Positions 1 to 10,491 of a stretch of DNA of 64,000 nucleotides are shown here, one piece after another. The position numbers and the translations under genes are program-made. The DNA is from an uncultured Bacilli bacterium. Lineage in GTDB: Bacteria; Bacillota_I; Bacilli_A; RF39; UBA660. How positions within the stretch are numbered: the first letter of the stretch is position 1; the number at the start of each line of letters is the position of its first letter. Location of the stretch: assembly GCA_947625085.1 (NCBI GenBank), contig CANQMV010000001.1, positions 3,722 to 67,721 on the forward strand. The letters are read 5' to 3'. Under the pieces are notes generated by a model, which was not told where the DNA came from, made no database searches, and saw only the letters and a program-made list of their open reading frames with translations.

Positions 1-288
1 ATTGTTGAAGATGTTGATTTAATATTAGAAAAAATTCCTAAAGATAATGAATTAACTTATTATATATATGCTAAAAATGCTGATAATTATGGTTATTTAT
101 TTAATGTATTTAAATATAAATTAAATACTAAAAAGATATTAATTATTCATGATAAATCGGAATTACCTGAAAATTTAAATGGTTATCTTGTTTTATTTTC
201 AAATGATGATTTAATTTTAAATAGTATTTCTAAAGATTCTTTAGAAAAAATTAATGATTTGGTTTTTAAAGTAAATGAAAAAGTCTAA
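1..288 (+). CDS. 3' fragment of an unknown protein; the ORF enters from the left edge of the window and ends at TAA 286-288
   Basis: Frame 1 is open from base 1 with no stop until 286-288. It ends convergently with the reverse-strand gene at 291. Confidence 0.4.
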   Translation: MVEDVDLILEKIPKDNELTYYIYAKNADNYGYLFNVFKYKLNTKKILIIHDKSELPENLNGYLVLFSNDDLILNSISKDSLEKINDLVFKVNEKV

Positions 289-290
289 AT

Positions 291-1769
291 TTATAATTTT
301 ATTTTAGACTTTTCTTTTAGTTTATTTTCATGAATTATTTTATAATAAGTAAAATAATTATTATAACTTATATAATTTTTCATGATTTCATCAATTTTTT
401 TATCACCAGTTAAATAATAGTAAGTAGAGATAAAAGCTAATTTTTTTAAAATATCATTTGGTGAATTTTCTTTATTTTCAAAAATATCAATTAGAAAGAA
501 ATAACTTTCTAAATTTAAAAAATTATAACAGTCTTTATCAATTTCATCTTGATTTAATAAATTTAAAAAAGTATTTAAAAGTTTTTCAACTTGATTATCT
601 AAAAATAAATTTAAATTAGTATTATCAAGAGCATAAATTAATCGCATTTTGGTAACTTCTAATTCTAAATCTTCATAATCTTTAATTAGTTTATCTAATT
701 TATCAATATATAATAAGTAAAATAATAAAGCATCTTCATAATTGACTGTATAAATAAATTTAAAAATTCCTTGTTGAATTAGATTATTATCAATTTGAGG
801 TGGAGTTTTATTAGTAATTTGAATAATAAGATTAGCTAAGTCTTCATTTATTTTGAAATTAGCTAAAGAGATATTATCAAAAATCGCATATTGATTTAAA
901 TCTTTGATTAATTCATCAAAATCTTCACTGTTAATTTGCATAATATCATTATTTTCAAAATTATCTGGATTAAATTCTTCAACTTCTTCGTCATTTTCTA
1001 AATCTAAATCATCTTCTAAAAAATCATAATCATCATCAAAATCATTAAAAAAAGTTGGATTAGTTTTATAAAATTTAGAAGCATTTATTGTTGTAATATC
1101 AACTGGGTAATTATCTTGATATGGAATGATTTTTTCTTTTAAAATATTATTAAATTCAGCATGATAAGCTCTATATAATTCGGGTCTACTATATAATTTA
1201 CCTAAAAATTTATTTCGTAAATCCAGTAATAATTTTATTTCTTTTTGGATACTTTCTTTATTATCACTTTTTAAAAGTTTTAGATAAAGTTGTTCTAAAT
1301 AGAGTTCATTTTTATAATATTCTTTAAAAATATTAGCTAGTTTATTAATATTTAAGTATTTTTTTAAAGTTTTATCAACTCTTAACTCACGAAATTCTTC
1401 TTGAAAATCATTTATATTTTTAGAAATTTCAATTTCTTCTAAATAATTACTAAGGTCATCTAAACTTATATCATCTTCGATAGTAAGTTTCTTTAAATCG
1501 ATAGTTTTAAATAAAAATTGATAATCATTTAAGAAAACATCTAATTCAGTTTCTAAATTTTCATAATCCATAGTTATAATTATTCCATAATCATTTAATT
1601 CTTTTTGAAAATAAACATTATTTTTAAAAGATTTTATTAATAGTTTACAACTTACTAATAGTTTTTCTTTGGTAATTATTTTTTTATCATTTTCAATTAA
1701 AGTGGTTAAAACAAGCAAGGCAATATATGAAAATGGAATATTTGAAATAGTTTTTAAATTATTTTCCAT
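291..1769 (-). CDS. hypothetical protein with an Asp/Glu-rich acidic central segment
   Basis: 498-aa ORF. The second in-frame ATG at 1769 has a better SD (AAGGAGCGAGT-ATG). No recognisable catalytic motif. Long acidic stretch FNDFDDDYDFLEDDLDLENDEEVEEF. Divergent from uvrB. Confidence 0.55.
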   Translation of the reverse strand: MENNLKTISNIPFSYIALLVLTTLIENDKKIITKEKLLVSCKLLIKSFKNNVYFQKELNDYGIIITMDYENLETELDVFLNDYQFLFKTIDLKKLTIEDDISLDDLSNYLEEIEISKNINDFQEEFRELRVDKTLKKYLNINKLANIFKEYYKNELYLEQLYLKLLKSDNKESIQKEIKLLLDLRNKFLGKLYSRPELYRAYHAEFNNILKEKIIPYQDNYPVDITTINASKFYKTNPTFFNDFDDDYDFLEDDLDLENDEEVEEFNPDNFENNDIMQINSEDFDELIKDLNQYAIFDNISLANFKINEDLANLIIQITNKTPPQIDNNLIQQGIFKFIYTVNYEDALLFYLLYIDKLDKLIKDYEDLELEVTKMRLIYALDNTNLNLFLDNQVEKLLNTFLNLLNQDEIDKDCYNFLNLESYFFLIDIFENKENSPNDILKKLAFISTYYYLTGDKKIDEIMKNYISYNNYFTYYKIIHENKLKEKSKIKL

Positions 1770-2004
1770 ACTCGCTCCTTGGCTCATTATAATAACATTA
1801 CTTTAAAGTTATTTCAATACTTAATAGTAATAATAGATTAAAAAATGACCCTTGTCTTTTTCCTTGTCTTGTTAATAAAACCATGTTAAAATATATTATT
1901 GAAATTTATTTAATATTGTTGTTTTTTAGTAAAGTTAGTTTCAAGGTTCACATTTTAATAAATTCATGATTTTATGATTGAAAGTAGCAATAAAGGAGGT
2001 AGTT

Positions 2005-3960
2005 ATGTTTGAATTAGTATCTAAATATAAACCAAGTGGTGACCAGCCAAATGCAATTGAAGAATTAACAAATGGAATAAAGAATGGTGTTAAACATCAA
2101 GTTTTACTTGGAGCAACTGGTACTGGAAAAACGTTTACGATTGCAAATGTTATTAAAAATGTTAATAAACAAACACTTGTTCTTGCTCATAATAAAACTT
2201 TAGCAGGACAACTTTATAGTGAACTTAAAGAGTTATTTCCAAATAACCGAGTAGAATATTTTGTCTCTTACTACGATTATTATCAACCAGAAGCCTATGT
2301 TCCATCAAGTGATACCTATATTGAAAAAGATGCCTCAATAAACGATGAAATTGATGAATTAAGACATTCAGCTACCAGTGCTTTACTATCAAGAGATGAT
2401 GTTATTGTTGTTGCTAGTGTTTCTTGTATTTATGGAATTGGTGAAGTTGAAGAATATCGAAATAAAACCTTAACATTAAAAGTTTCAGAAACCTGTGACC
2501 GTAATCAAGTAATGTTAAAACTTGTTGATATGTTGTATGAACGAAATGAATTAGATTTCAAAAGAGGAACCTTTAGAGTTAGAGGAGATACTTTAGAAAT
2601 TATTCCTTCAAATGAACATGTTCATGCACTTAGAATAGAATTTTTTGGCGATGAAATTGAGCGAATTAGTGAAATTGATGCTTTAACTGGAGCCATTATT
2701 ACTAATAAAAAAAGTGTTACAATATTTCCAGCTAGCCACTTTGTAACTAACGAAGAAACTTTAAAAATTGCAGTTGATAACATCAAAGAAGAATTAAAAG
2801 AAAGAATAGAATACTTTAATCAAAATAATAAACCTTTAGAGGCCGAAAGAATTAGAGAGCGGACAAACTATGATATGGAAATGTTACTTGAAACGGGTTT
2901 TTGTCATGGAATTGAAAATTATTCAAGACATTTAGCGTTAAAAAAGGCCGGTGAAACGCCAACCTGTTTACTTGATTTTTTTAATAAAGATTTTTTATTA
3001 GTAATTGATGAAAGTCATGTTACTGTTCCTCAAATAAGAGGAATGTATAATGGAGATAGAGCTCGAAAGTTAAATTTGGTTGATTACGGATTTAGACTTC
3101 CAAGTGCCCTTGATAATCGACCATTAAAATTTAATGAATTTGAAAACAAAGTTAATCAAGTAATTTATGTATCTGCAACTCCCGGCGACTATGAACTTGC
3201 GCTTACTAATAATAAATTTATAGAACAAATTATAAGACCAACTGGACTTTTAGACCCAACGATTGAAATTCGAAAAACCGTTGGCCAAATTGATAATTTA
3301 GTTGGGGAAATTAATGAAAGAATCAATCAAAATGAACGAGTATTAGTTACAACATTAACTATTCGAATGGCTGAAGAATTAACTAATTATTTAAAACAAT
3401 TAGATATAAAAGTTGCTTATTTACATTCAGAAATTAAAACTCTTGAAAGAATGAAAATTATTCGTGATTTACGACTTGGTACTTATGATGTTTTAGTTGG
3501 AATTAATCTTCTTCGAGAAGGACTTGATATCCCAGAAGTTAGTTTAATTGCTATTCTTGACGCTGATAAAGAGGGCTTTTTAAGAAGTGAGCGAAGTTTA
3601 ATTCAAACGATTGGTCGGTGTGCAAGAAATGCAAATGGACATGTTATTTTATATGCTGATAAAATGACTGATAGTATGGAATATGCAATTAAAGAAACTA
3701 AAAGACGTCGAGAAATTCAAATTAAATATAATGAACTTCACAATATTACTCCTAAAACAATTATCAAAGAAATTAGAGATTTAATTTCTAATATTGATGA
3801 GGAAAGCAAAACTAAAAAGACGACGAAAATGACTAAACAAGAAAAAATTAAGACTATGCAACTACTTGAAGATGAAATGCGAGAAGCTGCTCATAATCTT
3901 GATTTTGAAAGAGCAATGGAATTAAGAGATATTTTATTTGAAATGAAAGCGGAAGATTAA
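2005..3960 (+). CDS. uvrB: excinuclease ABC subunit B
   Basis: Walker [10 protein letters not shown], a helicase C-terminal region, and a C-terminal UvrB/UvrC interaction motif (FERAMELRD). RBS AAGGAGGT at 1993-2000 before ATG 2005. Confidence 0.95.
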   Translation: MFELVSKYKPSGDQPNAIEELTNGIKNGVKHQVLLGATGTGKTFTIANVIKNVNKQTLVLAHNKTLAGQLYSELKELFPNNRVEYFVSYYDYYQPEAYVPSSDTYIEKDASINDEIDELRHSATSALLSRDDVIVVASVSCIYGIGEVEEYRNKTLTLKVSETCDRNQVMLKLVDMLYERNELDFKRGTFRVRGDTLEIIPSNEHVHALRIEFFGDEIERISEIDALTGAIITNKKSVTIFPASHFVTNEETLKIAVDNIKEELKERIEYFNQNNKPLEAERIRERTNYDMEMLLETGFCHGIENYSRHLALKKAGETPTCLLDFFNKDFLLVIDESHVTVPQIRGMYNGDRARKLNLVDYGFRLPSALDNRPLKFNEFENKVNQVIYVSATPGDYELALTNNKFIEQIIRPTGLLDPTIEIRKTVGQIDNLVGEINERINQNERVLVTTLTIRMAEELTNYLKQLDIKVAYLHSEIKTLERMKIIRDLRLGTYDVLVGINLLREGLDIPEVSLIAILDADKEGFLRSERSLIQTIGRCARNANGHVILYADKMTDSMEYAIKETKRRREIQIKYNELHNITPKTIIKEIRDLISNIDEESKTKKTTKMTKQEKIKTMQLLEDEMREAAHNLDFERAMELRDILFEMKAED

Positions 3961-3961
3961 A

Positions 3962-4804
3962 ATGCGATTTTCTAAAATTTATGTTGAAATAACTAATAAA
4001 TGTAATTTAAATTGTTCGTTTTGTTCAAATGATAATCGTATACTTGAAGAAATGTCTACCTGCTCATTTGAAATAGTTTTAAAAAAAATAAAAAAGTATA
4101 CAAAATCAATTTATTTACATGTTAAAGGTGAACCTCTTCTTCATTCAAAACTTGATGAAATTTTAAATTTATGTTTTTTAAATAATATGAAAGTTAAAAT
4201 AACCACTAATGGAACGTTACTTGCTAATAAATATGCTATTTTATTAAAGTATGATAATATTAAACAAATAAATATATCTCTTCATTCTGAAAATAAAATG
4301 CCTGATTATTTTGAAAAAGTTTTTAAAGTATCTGAAATATTAAGTAAAAAGATTCCAATAGTTTATCGAATTTGGTTACTTGATAATTATCATTTAGATA
4401 AGTTATCCACTATAATTGTGGAAAAAATTATATCTTATTATCATTTAAACGATGATTTTAAAACGCAAGTTCTAAATTTAAAAAATATAAAAATTAAAGA
4501 TAATCTTTATCTTGATAAGGATAATGAATTTATTTGGCCAGATGAAGAAAAAGAAACGACCAAAAACATAGGAACTTGTCTTGGAACTAGAAGTCATATT
4601 GCAATTTTAGTAAATGGTGATGTTGTTCCTTGTTGTTTAGATAGTAAGGCTCATTTAAAATTAGGAAATATTTTTAAAGATGATTTAGAAACTATTTTAA
4701 ATACAAAATTATTTAAAGAATTAAATATGGGTTTTAGAAATAATAAATTAATAGCTCCATTATGTAAAAATTGTAATTATCGAAGTCAAAAATTTAGAAG
4801 GTAA
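3962..4804 (+). CDS. radical SAM protein with a C-terminal SPASM/twitch-like Cys cluster
   Basis: CNLNCSFC (CxxxCxxC) near the N-terminus. C-terminal CC...C-x2-C cysteines (VPCCLD, CKNCNY). The ATG lies 1 nt after the uvrB stop, implying translational coupling. Confidence 0.8.
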   Translation: MRFSKIYVEITNKCNLNCSFCSNDNRILEEMSTCSFEIVLKKIKKYTKSIYLHVKGEPLLHSKLDEILNLCFLNNMKVKITTNGTLLANKYAILLKYDNIKQINISLHSENKMPDYFEKVFKVSEILSKKIPIVYRIWLLDNYHLDKLSTIIVEKIISYYHLNDDFKTQVLNLKNIKIKDNLYLDKDNEFIWPDEEKETTKNIGTCLGTRSHIAILVNGDVVPCCLDSKAHLKLGNIFKDDLETILNTKLFKELNMGFRNNKLIAPLCKNCNYRSQKFRR

Positions 4805-4835
4805 TCGATTGTTAAAAGTTTGTTTTCTTTAATTA

Positions 4836-4864
4836 TTGAAAAATTAAACAAAACTTAGTATAAT
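4836..4864 (+). promoter_or_regulatory. sigma-A-type promoter: TTGAAA, 17-nt spacer, TATAAT
   Basis: TTGAAA at 4836-4841, a 17-nt spacer, TATAAT at 4859-4864. Sits upstream of the RBS and ATG at 4886. Confidence 0.5.
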
Positions 4865-4885
4865 CGTATAGAGAGAGGTTAGAAA

Positions 4886-5473
4886 ATGAAAATAGAAGTT
4901 AAATCATATTCAAATATAGCACTACTTATTAGTTCAATTGTCTTTTTTATCTTAGGAGCAGTAATGTTTACAAGACCTGATGCAATTGTTTTAGTTGTAT
5001 CTTATGTAATTGGGGGCTTAATTATTTTACTTGGAATATTTAATTGTATTAAAAATTATATTCAAGTAAAAAATGATAATAGAATTTCTTCTAAAGGAAT
5101 GGTTTTAGGAATAGTTTTAGTAGTAGTTGGTCTTGTTTTTATTTTTTTAGCAGGCGTAATTGAAGCCTTAGTTAGATTAGTAATTGGAGGTTGGATTTTA
5201 TTTAGTGGTATTAACCGATTAATAAATGCTTTATATCTTGATAAGAAAAGTGTTAATTTTTATGTTATGTTAGTTTTAGCTCTTTTACTTATTGGCGGAG
5301 GACTTTATACAATCTTAGAAACTAATTTAGTTTTTAAATATTTAGGAATAGTATTAATGGTTTACTCAACACTAGAAATAATTGGTTATATTTTTAATAA
5401 AAAAAATGATAATACCAAAACTTCTCCTAAAACAATAGAGGCTTCTATTGTAGAAGTAAAAAAAATTAAATAA
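4886..5473 (+). CDS. DUF308/HdeD-like multi-pass membrane protein
   Basis: Six hydrophobic helices with the paired-helix repeat pattern of the DUF308 family. RBS GAGAGAGG. Confidence 0.55.
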   Translation: MKIEVKSYSNIALLISSIVFFILGAVMFTRPDAIVLVVSYVIGGLIILLGIFNCIKNYIQVKNDNRISSKGMVLGIVLVVVGLVFIFLAGVIEALVRLVIGGWILFSGINRLINALYLDKKSVNFYVMLVLALLLIGGGLYTILETNLVFKYLGIVLMVYSTLEIIGYIFNKKNDNTKTSPKTIEASIVEVKKIK

Positions 5474-5559
5474 AACTAAAAGATAAAAATTACTTAAATT
5501 AATTATTAGTAGTAAAGTTACTAATAATTTTTTAAAATTTATAGTTATAGAGGTTTAGA

Positions 5560-5940
5560 ATGAATAATTTTAATTATTATATATTTAAATATTATTTAAA
5601 CTATTTTATTTTTATCTTGATACTTAAAAATATAAATTATCTTTTGGGAATTACTTTAAGTGATTTAGGTAGTATACCTATCGTTTTTATTCCTATTACT
5701 TATTTAACAATTAAATACTTAATTATTAATAAATTAAAAAAAACTAATTATACTAAGAAAGATATAATTTGGTATCTTTTAATTGGTTTTACAATTTTGA
5801 ATTTTCTTTTTAAAATGCCAATTATCTATGATATTTTGATAATTATTTTTCTTTTAGTACTAAAAGATAAAAAGCTGCAAGAGCAGACTATTATGGAAAA
5901 AAATATTAAAGAGTATTATAAGAATAAAAATAAAAAATAA
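5560..5940 (+). CDS. small hypothetical membrane protein
   Basis: 126 aa, three hydrophobic segments, RBS AGAGG. Confidence 0.45.
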   Translation: MNNFNYYIFKYYLNYFIFILILKNINYLLGITLSDLGSIPIVFIPITYLTIKYLIINKLKKTNYTKKDIIWYLLIGFTILNFLFKMPIIYDILIIIFLLVLKDKKLQEQTIMEKNIKEYYKNKNKK

Positions 5941-6039
5941 AATATGTAAATTATATCAAGAAAAATATATGAAAATTTCACCAAAAAAACATATTTTTTT
6001 ACTATTTTTGTGATATACTTAAAAGGTAGGAGAGAAAAG

Positions 6040-6969
6040 ATGAAAAAGGAGTTTAAGACCTTAAATGAGCAAGTTGAGATACTAAGAAATAAAGGATTAA
6101 TTATTAATGATGAAGAGTATGCTAAGACAGTTTTATTTAGAGAAAATTATTTCTTTTTAAATGGGTATCGTTACTTATTTATGCGTAGTAGTGTTGATAA
6201 AAGATATATAGAAGGATGTACTTTTGAAGAATTATATAGTTTATTTTTATTTGACCGAGAATTTAGAAATATTATTTTTAAAAATATTTTAATTATTGAA
6301 AATAATGTAAAATCGGTTATTAGTTACCAATTATCTCTTAAATATGGATATCGAGAAAAAGATTATTTAACCCCTAAAAATTTTACAACTAATAAAGAAA
6401 AAATTAAACAAGTTAATGATATCTTAAAAAAAATGAAAAGACAAATTAATATTAATGCTACTCAGCACTCGGCAACTATGCATTATGTTAATAATTATGG
6501 TTATATTCCCTTATGGGTTTTAGTTAAAGTTTTGTCTTTTGGAATTGTTGGAGAACTTTATTCTATTTTAAAAAAAGAAGACCAAATGGGAATAGCTGAA
6601 CTTTATAATGTCGATGTTGATGTATTAATAAATTATTTAACGATTTTATCTAATTATCGTAATTTATGTGCACATGAAGATATTGTTTATGAAAATAAAA
6701 CCCAAAGAAAGATTGCTGATAATAAATATCATAAGTTGCTTAATATTCCAATAATGGATGATGAATATATTTATGGAAAAGATGATTTATTTGCTTTAAT
6801 TATCATTATGAAACAAATGTTATCTAAAGAGGAATTTGCAAATTTGATAGAAGAAATTAGACATGTTTTAGCAAATTTAGAACTTAATTTACATACGATA
6901 AAAATAGATAAAGTATTAGATAGAATGGGATTTCCTAAAAATTATTATGAAATAAAAAATTTAGATTGA
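6040..6969 (+). CDS. Abi_2 (AbiD/AbiF-like) abortive-infection family protein
   Basis: Shares the N-terminal and central conserved blocks of the Abi_2 family (LNEQVEILRNKGLII, FFLNGYRYLF, LWVLVKVLSFG, YRNLCAHED). RBS AAAGGTAGGAGAG before ATG 6040. Confidence 0.75.
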   Translation: MKKEFKTLNEQVEILRNKGLIINDEEYAKTVLFRENYFFLNGYRYLFMRSSVDKRYIEGCTFEELYSLFLFDREFRNIIFKNILIIENNVKSVISYQLSLKYGYREKDYLTPKNFTTNKEKIKQVNDILKKMKRQININATQHSATMHYVNNYGYIPLWVLVKVLSFGIVGELYSILKKEDQMGIAELYNVDVDVLINYLTILSNYRNLCAHEDIVYENKTQRKIADNKYHKLLNIPIMDDEYIYGKDDLFALIIIMKQMLSKEEFANLIEEIRHVLANLELNLHTIKIDKVLDRMGFPKNYYEIKNLD

Positions 6970-7004
6970 TGGCATTTTAACATGGAAAGGAATGTGAGGT
7001 TTTA

Positions 7005-8135
7005 ATGAAAGATAAAAATAGAATTAATCAAGTAATTTATTTATTTGTTGCCTTTATTTTAGGTGGTTTATTAATGTATTATATTTCTCTTAATACTCCG
7101 GTTTTACAAAATATTACAAGTAATAGTTCAGGAAGTAGTAGTTCAAATAATACTTGTAGAGCTTGTAGTGGAACTGTGGTTGTTAATGATGGTTCGTTAT
7201 CAGCAAGTGTTGAAAAAATATATGATGCTGTTATGATGGTTCGAAATTATAAAGGAGAAACAATTCAATCTACTGGAAGTGGTTTCGTATATAAAACTGA
7301 TTCTAAATATGCCTATTTATTAACTAATCATCATGTTATAGATGGAGCTTCTAAAATAACTTTAATTAATAGTAAAGATGATGAAATTGAAGGTAAAGTT
7401 TTGGGAAGTGATATGTATTTAGACTTAGCAGTTGTAAGGCTTGATAAAGATAAAATAATAGATGTTGCTCCTATTGGAACTAGTGAAAATTCTAAACTTG
7501 GAGATACTGTATTTACGGTTGGTTCTCCTCTTGGTTATGAATATCGAGGAACTGTAACTGATGGAATTTTATCTGGAAAAGATAGATATGTAACAGTTAG
7601 CGTTTCTGGTAATAATGATTGGGTTATGAAAGTATTACAAACAAATGCTGCTGTAAATCCTGGTAATAGTGGTGGTCCTTTAGTAAATGCTCAAGGTGAA
7701 GTAATTGGCGTAATTTCTCTAAAATTAGTTGAAAATGAAGTTGAAAATATGGGATTTGCTATTCCTATTGAATATGCTATGAGTCATATTGATAGTTTAG
7801 AAAAAGGTGAAGCGATAGTTCGACCTATGCTTGGAATTACTATGGTAAATGTAACTGATACTTATACTTTATATCGAAGTGGTATCATGTTAGATAGTAG
7901 TATTACAGAAGGTGTGGTTGTTGTTGAAATTTCAAGTAATAGTGGAGCAAGCAATTCTGACTTAAAAAAAGGTGATGTAATTACAAAAGTCAATAACGAA
8001 AAGGTAAGTAACAGTGCTTATTTAAGATATGAATTATATAAATATAATGTTGGAGATACAATCACGATTACTTATTTAAGAGATGGTAAAGAAAAAACTA
8101 CTAAGATTACTTTAACTGAATATAAAGAAGATTAA
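7005..8135 (+). CDS. membrane-anchored S1C serine protease (HtrA/DegP family) with a C-terminal PDZ-like region
   Basis: N-terminal TM helix. Catalytic triad context TNHHVIDGA ... D ... GNSGGPL. Confidence 0.85.
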   Translation: MKDKNRINQVIYLFVAFILGGLLMYYISLNTPVLQNITSNSSGSSSSNNTCRACSGTVVVNDGSLSASVEKIYDAVMMVRNYKGETIQSTGSGFVYKTDSKYAYLLTNHHVIDGASKITLINSKDDEIEGKVLGSDMYLDLAVVRLDKDKIIDVAPIGTSENSKLGDTVFTVGSPLGYEYRGTVTDGILSGKDRYVTVSVSGNNDWVMKVLQTNAAVNPGNSGGPLVNAQGEVIGVISLKLVENEVENMGFAIPIEYAMSHIDSLEKGEAIVRPMLGITMVNVTDTYTLYRSGIMLDSSITEGVVVVEISSNSGASNSDLKKGDVITKVNNEKVSNSAYLRYELYKYNVGDTITITYLRDGKEKTTKITLTEYKED

Positions 8136-8182
8136 ATTAATGAAAATAAAAAGATAAGTTGAAAAAATAATCAATTTATCTT

Positions 8183-8821
8183 TTATTTTTCATTTGGAAT
8201 AAGTAAGATTTGTCCAACCATTATATCATCGGTTAATAAGTTATTTATTTTTTTAAGTTCAGCAAGTTCAATCTTATAATAATCAGCAATCTCTTTTAAA
8301 GTATCATTATCTTTAACAACATAAGGTCGATAGTTACTAGTTTCAGGAATAATTAAACTTTCGCCAATTTTTAACATATTATTATCTAAATTATTTACTT
8401 CTTTTAATTTCTCAACACTAATATTATAACGTTTGGCAATATTATATAAAGTATCACCTGGTTTTACAATATAAGTAATATCATTATTAGAAGTTTTAAC
8501 AGGAATTAATAATTGTTCACCAATTTTTAAAAGAGTTGTTCCTTGTTCATTAAAATTAACTAATTCTTCTAAAGAAAGTTCATATCTTTTAGCAATATTA
8601 TATAAACTATCTCCCGGTTTAATTGTATAAATTATATAATCACTTGGAGGAGATTGTTCTACTTTTTTATATGGTATTTTAAGTTCCTGACCGATTTTTA
8701 AAATATTGCTTTCTAAATTATTTAATATTTTTAAAATACCAACAGTTGTATTATATTTATCAGCAATATCATATAAGTTGTCTCCTTCTTTAACAATATA
8801 AATTTCTTCTTCCATGTTCAC
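8183..8821 (-). CDS. protein with four LysM repeats
   Basis: Four repeats of the YxVKxGDxLxxIAxxY...L..N motif. No signal peptide or catalytic domain is evident. Confidence 0.85.
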   Translation of the reverse strand: MNMEEEIYIVKEGDNLYDIADKYNTTVGILKILNNLESNILKIGQELKIPYKKVEQSPPSDYIIYTIKPGDSLYNIAKRYELSLEELVNFNEQGTTLLKIGEQLLIPVKTSNNDITYIVKPGDTLYNIAKRYNISVEKLKEVNNLDNNMLKIGESLIIPETSNYRPYVVKDNDTLKEIADYYKIELAELKKINNLLTDDIMVGQILLIPNEK

Positions 8822-8881
8822 CTCGTTTAATTATACGGGTAATAAACAAAAAGAATACTAAAAAATGAAAAGTATAAATAA

Positions 8882-9940
8882 TTATTTACACTTTTCATAT
8901 GGTAATTCATTGTTAAAAAACTTTTTAAAAGCAGAGATATAAGTAGTTGAATTTAATGGAATAAAATTTTTCGTTAAGAAATCTAATATTAGTTTTCTTT
9001 CTTCGAATGTTGTTTCAATTAACTCTCCGTTTACAGTAATTCCAAATCGATTATTTAATAAAGAGTCATATTGTAATTGTTGTTTAGGGAAAAATCTCAT
9101 TGAAAATAATGAAACTACATTTTTACTAAAGAATGTTCTATCCTCTTTATCAAAAATTTCATTGGCTTTTTTAATTAGTTCTTCAGGAGAATAAATAGTA
9201 TTTATATATAAATCAATACAATTAAAATTTTCTTTTTTCTCTTTAGCTATTTTAAAAATTTTATAAACATCATTAGTAATATTTTCTGCATTTTCTTTCA
9301 TTTCTTGACTCATTAAAAATTCTTGATACAAAGTAGGAAGATTTAGTCTCATATAATTAATTACACCATTGTATTTTAAATAATTCATACTTGTATTTTT
9401 AAATGTTAAAAATCTTTTGATAGAATATTTTGAATTAATACATTCTTCAATCAATTGTTTATATTTTTCTTTTTCTTTATCTGATAGTTTTGAAACTCTA
9501 TTAGAACTACTAACAGTTTTTTTCTTTTGAGTTATACTTGAATTTAATATATTGATAGTTAAATTATCATAAATTTTAGGATTTAAAATTATAATATCAG
9601 GTCTAAATTCGATAAAGTATTTATCAATATTTTCTTTTAAATAACTTAGAGGTAGATTTTGTCTATTTAAGTATTCATTTGCTTCTTCTTTAGATAATGT
9701 TAATAGTTTTTCGTATACTTTTCCATAATCAGGAATATCTTCTGATATTAGTATTTGTTCTTTTATATATTTTAATAAGCAAGCAACGTATTTTTGAACA
9801 GTTAGATTAAGTTTATGTGTTTCAATAACTCTTTCAACCCCTTGTTTACAAGGATTTTTAATATATAATTCATAAAGTGTTTTTAGAACTAAATCTGTTT
9901 TTTTAGCATTTGATGTAGGATTTGTTTTTTTATTTTCCAT
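8882..9940 (-). CDS. hypothetical protein; third cassette gene of the tRNA-Leu array
   Basis: 352-aa ORF with RBS AAAGGGGGA. Its own reverse-strand promoter is TTGATT at 9996-9991, a 17-nt spacer, and TATAAT at 9973-9968. Confidence 0.6.
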   Translation of the reverse strand: MENKKTNPTSNAKKTDLVLKTLYELYIKNPCKQGVERVIETHKLNLTVQKYVACLLKYIKEQILISEDIPDYGKVYEKLLTLSKEEANEYLNRQNLPLSYLKENIDKYFIEFRPDIIILNPKIYDNLTINILNSSITQKKKTVSSSNRVSKLSDKEKEKYKQLIEECINSKYSIKRFLTFKNTSMNYLKYNGVINYMRLNLPTLYQEFLMSQEMKENAENITNDVYKIFKIAKEKKENFNCIDLYINTIYSPEELIKKANEIFDKEDRTFFSKNVVSLFSMRFFPKQQLQYDSLLNNRFGITVNGELIETTFEERKLILDFLTKNFIPLNSTTYISAFKKFFNNELPYEKCK

Positions 9941-10296
9941 AATAGGTCCCCCTTTAAAAACGTTAGTATTATACTATAAAAAATTAAAAAAATCAAGAAA
10001 TATTTAACATATCGGTTTAATTACGTTTTAATTTTATGATTTTTTATTCGCATTTTTCGAATTTAGTATCTATCTGGTGCGAGTGACGTAGTTATCTACA
10101 ACTTTTTATAAACATAACTGATTTAAGTATCAATAAAAAAAATTACTTATTAGTTTTTTTTAAACATTTATATAATAAAAAAAGCAAGTTAGACGCATCC
10201 GACTTGCTCAGATGGAATCCGAATAATTAATCCCCTAGGTATTTTGACAAACATATCAAAATAACCTAAGGGATTATCCTTTTATATCAATATTCG

Positions 10297-10340
10297 AAAA
10301 AGTTTGAATAGATTCGTCAATGGTGTCCTAAAGGAAGAAG
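10297..10340. repeat. R_C: diverged third copy of the tRNA-Leu flank/att-like junction (ggtgtCCTAAAGGAAGAAG)
   Basis: AAAAGTTTGAATAGATTCGTCAATGGTGTCCTAAAGGAAGAAG aligns with R_B at 11608-11649. Confidence 0.5.
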
Positions 10341-10491
10341 TTCGACAAATTTTAATTTATCAAAAAAAACGATGGGTACCCCGGGCGAGATGAATTCTCA
10401 CATACTAAGTATGCTTACTGGCTATGCCAACACATCGTTATTCCCTCACAAGTATCCCATCTACAAATATATTATAACACAAAATTGTTTA

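Noticed and set aside
10341-10491. Type III toxin-antitoxin or retron ncRNA interpretation of the structured element next to the HEPN-like gene
   Set aside because: Only two weak internal motif copies are present, not a tandem pseudoknot repeat array. The element is downstream rather than upstream of the putative toxin. No reverse transcriptase is present.
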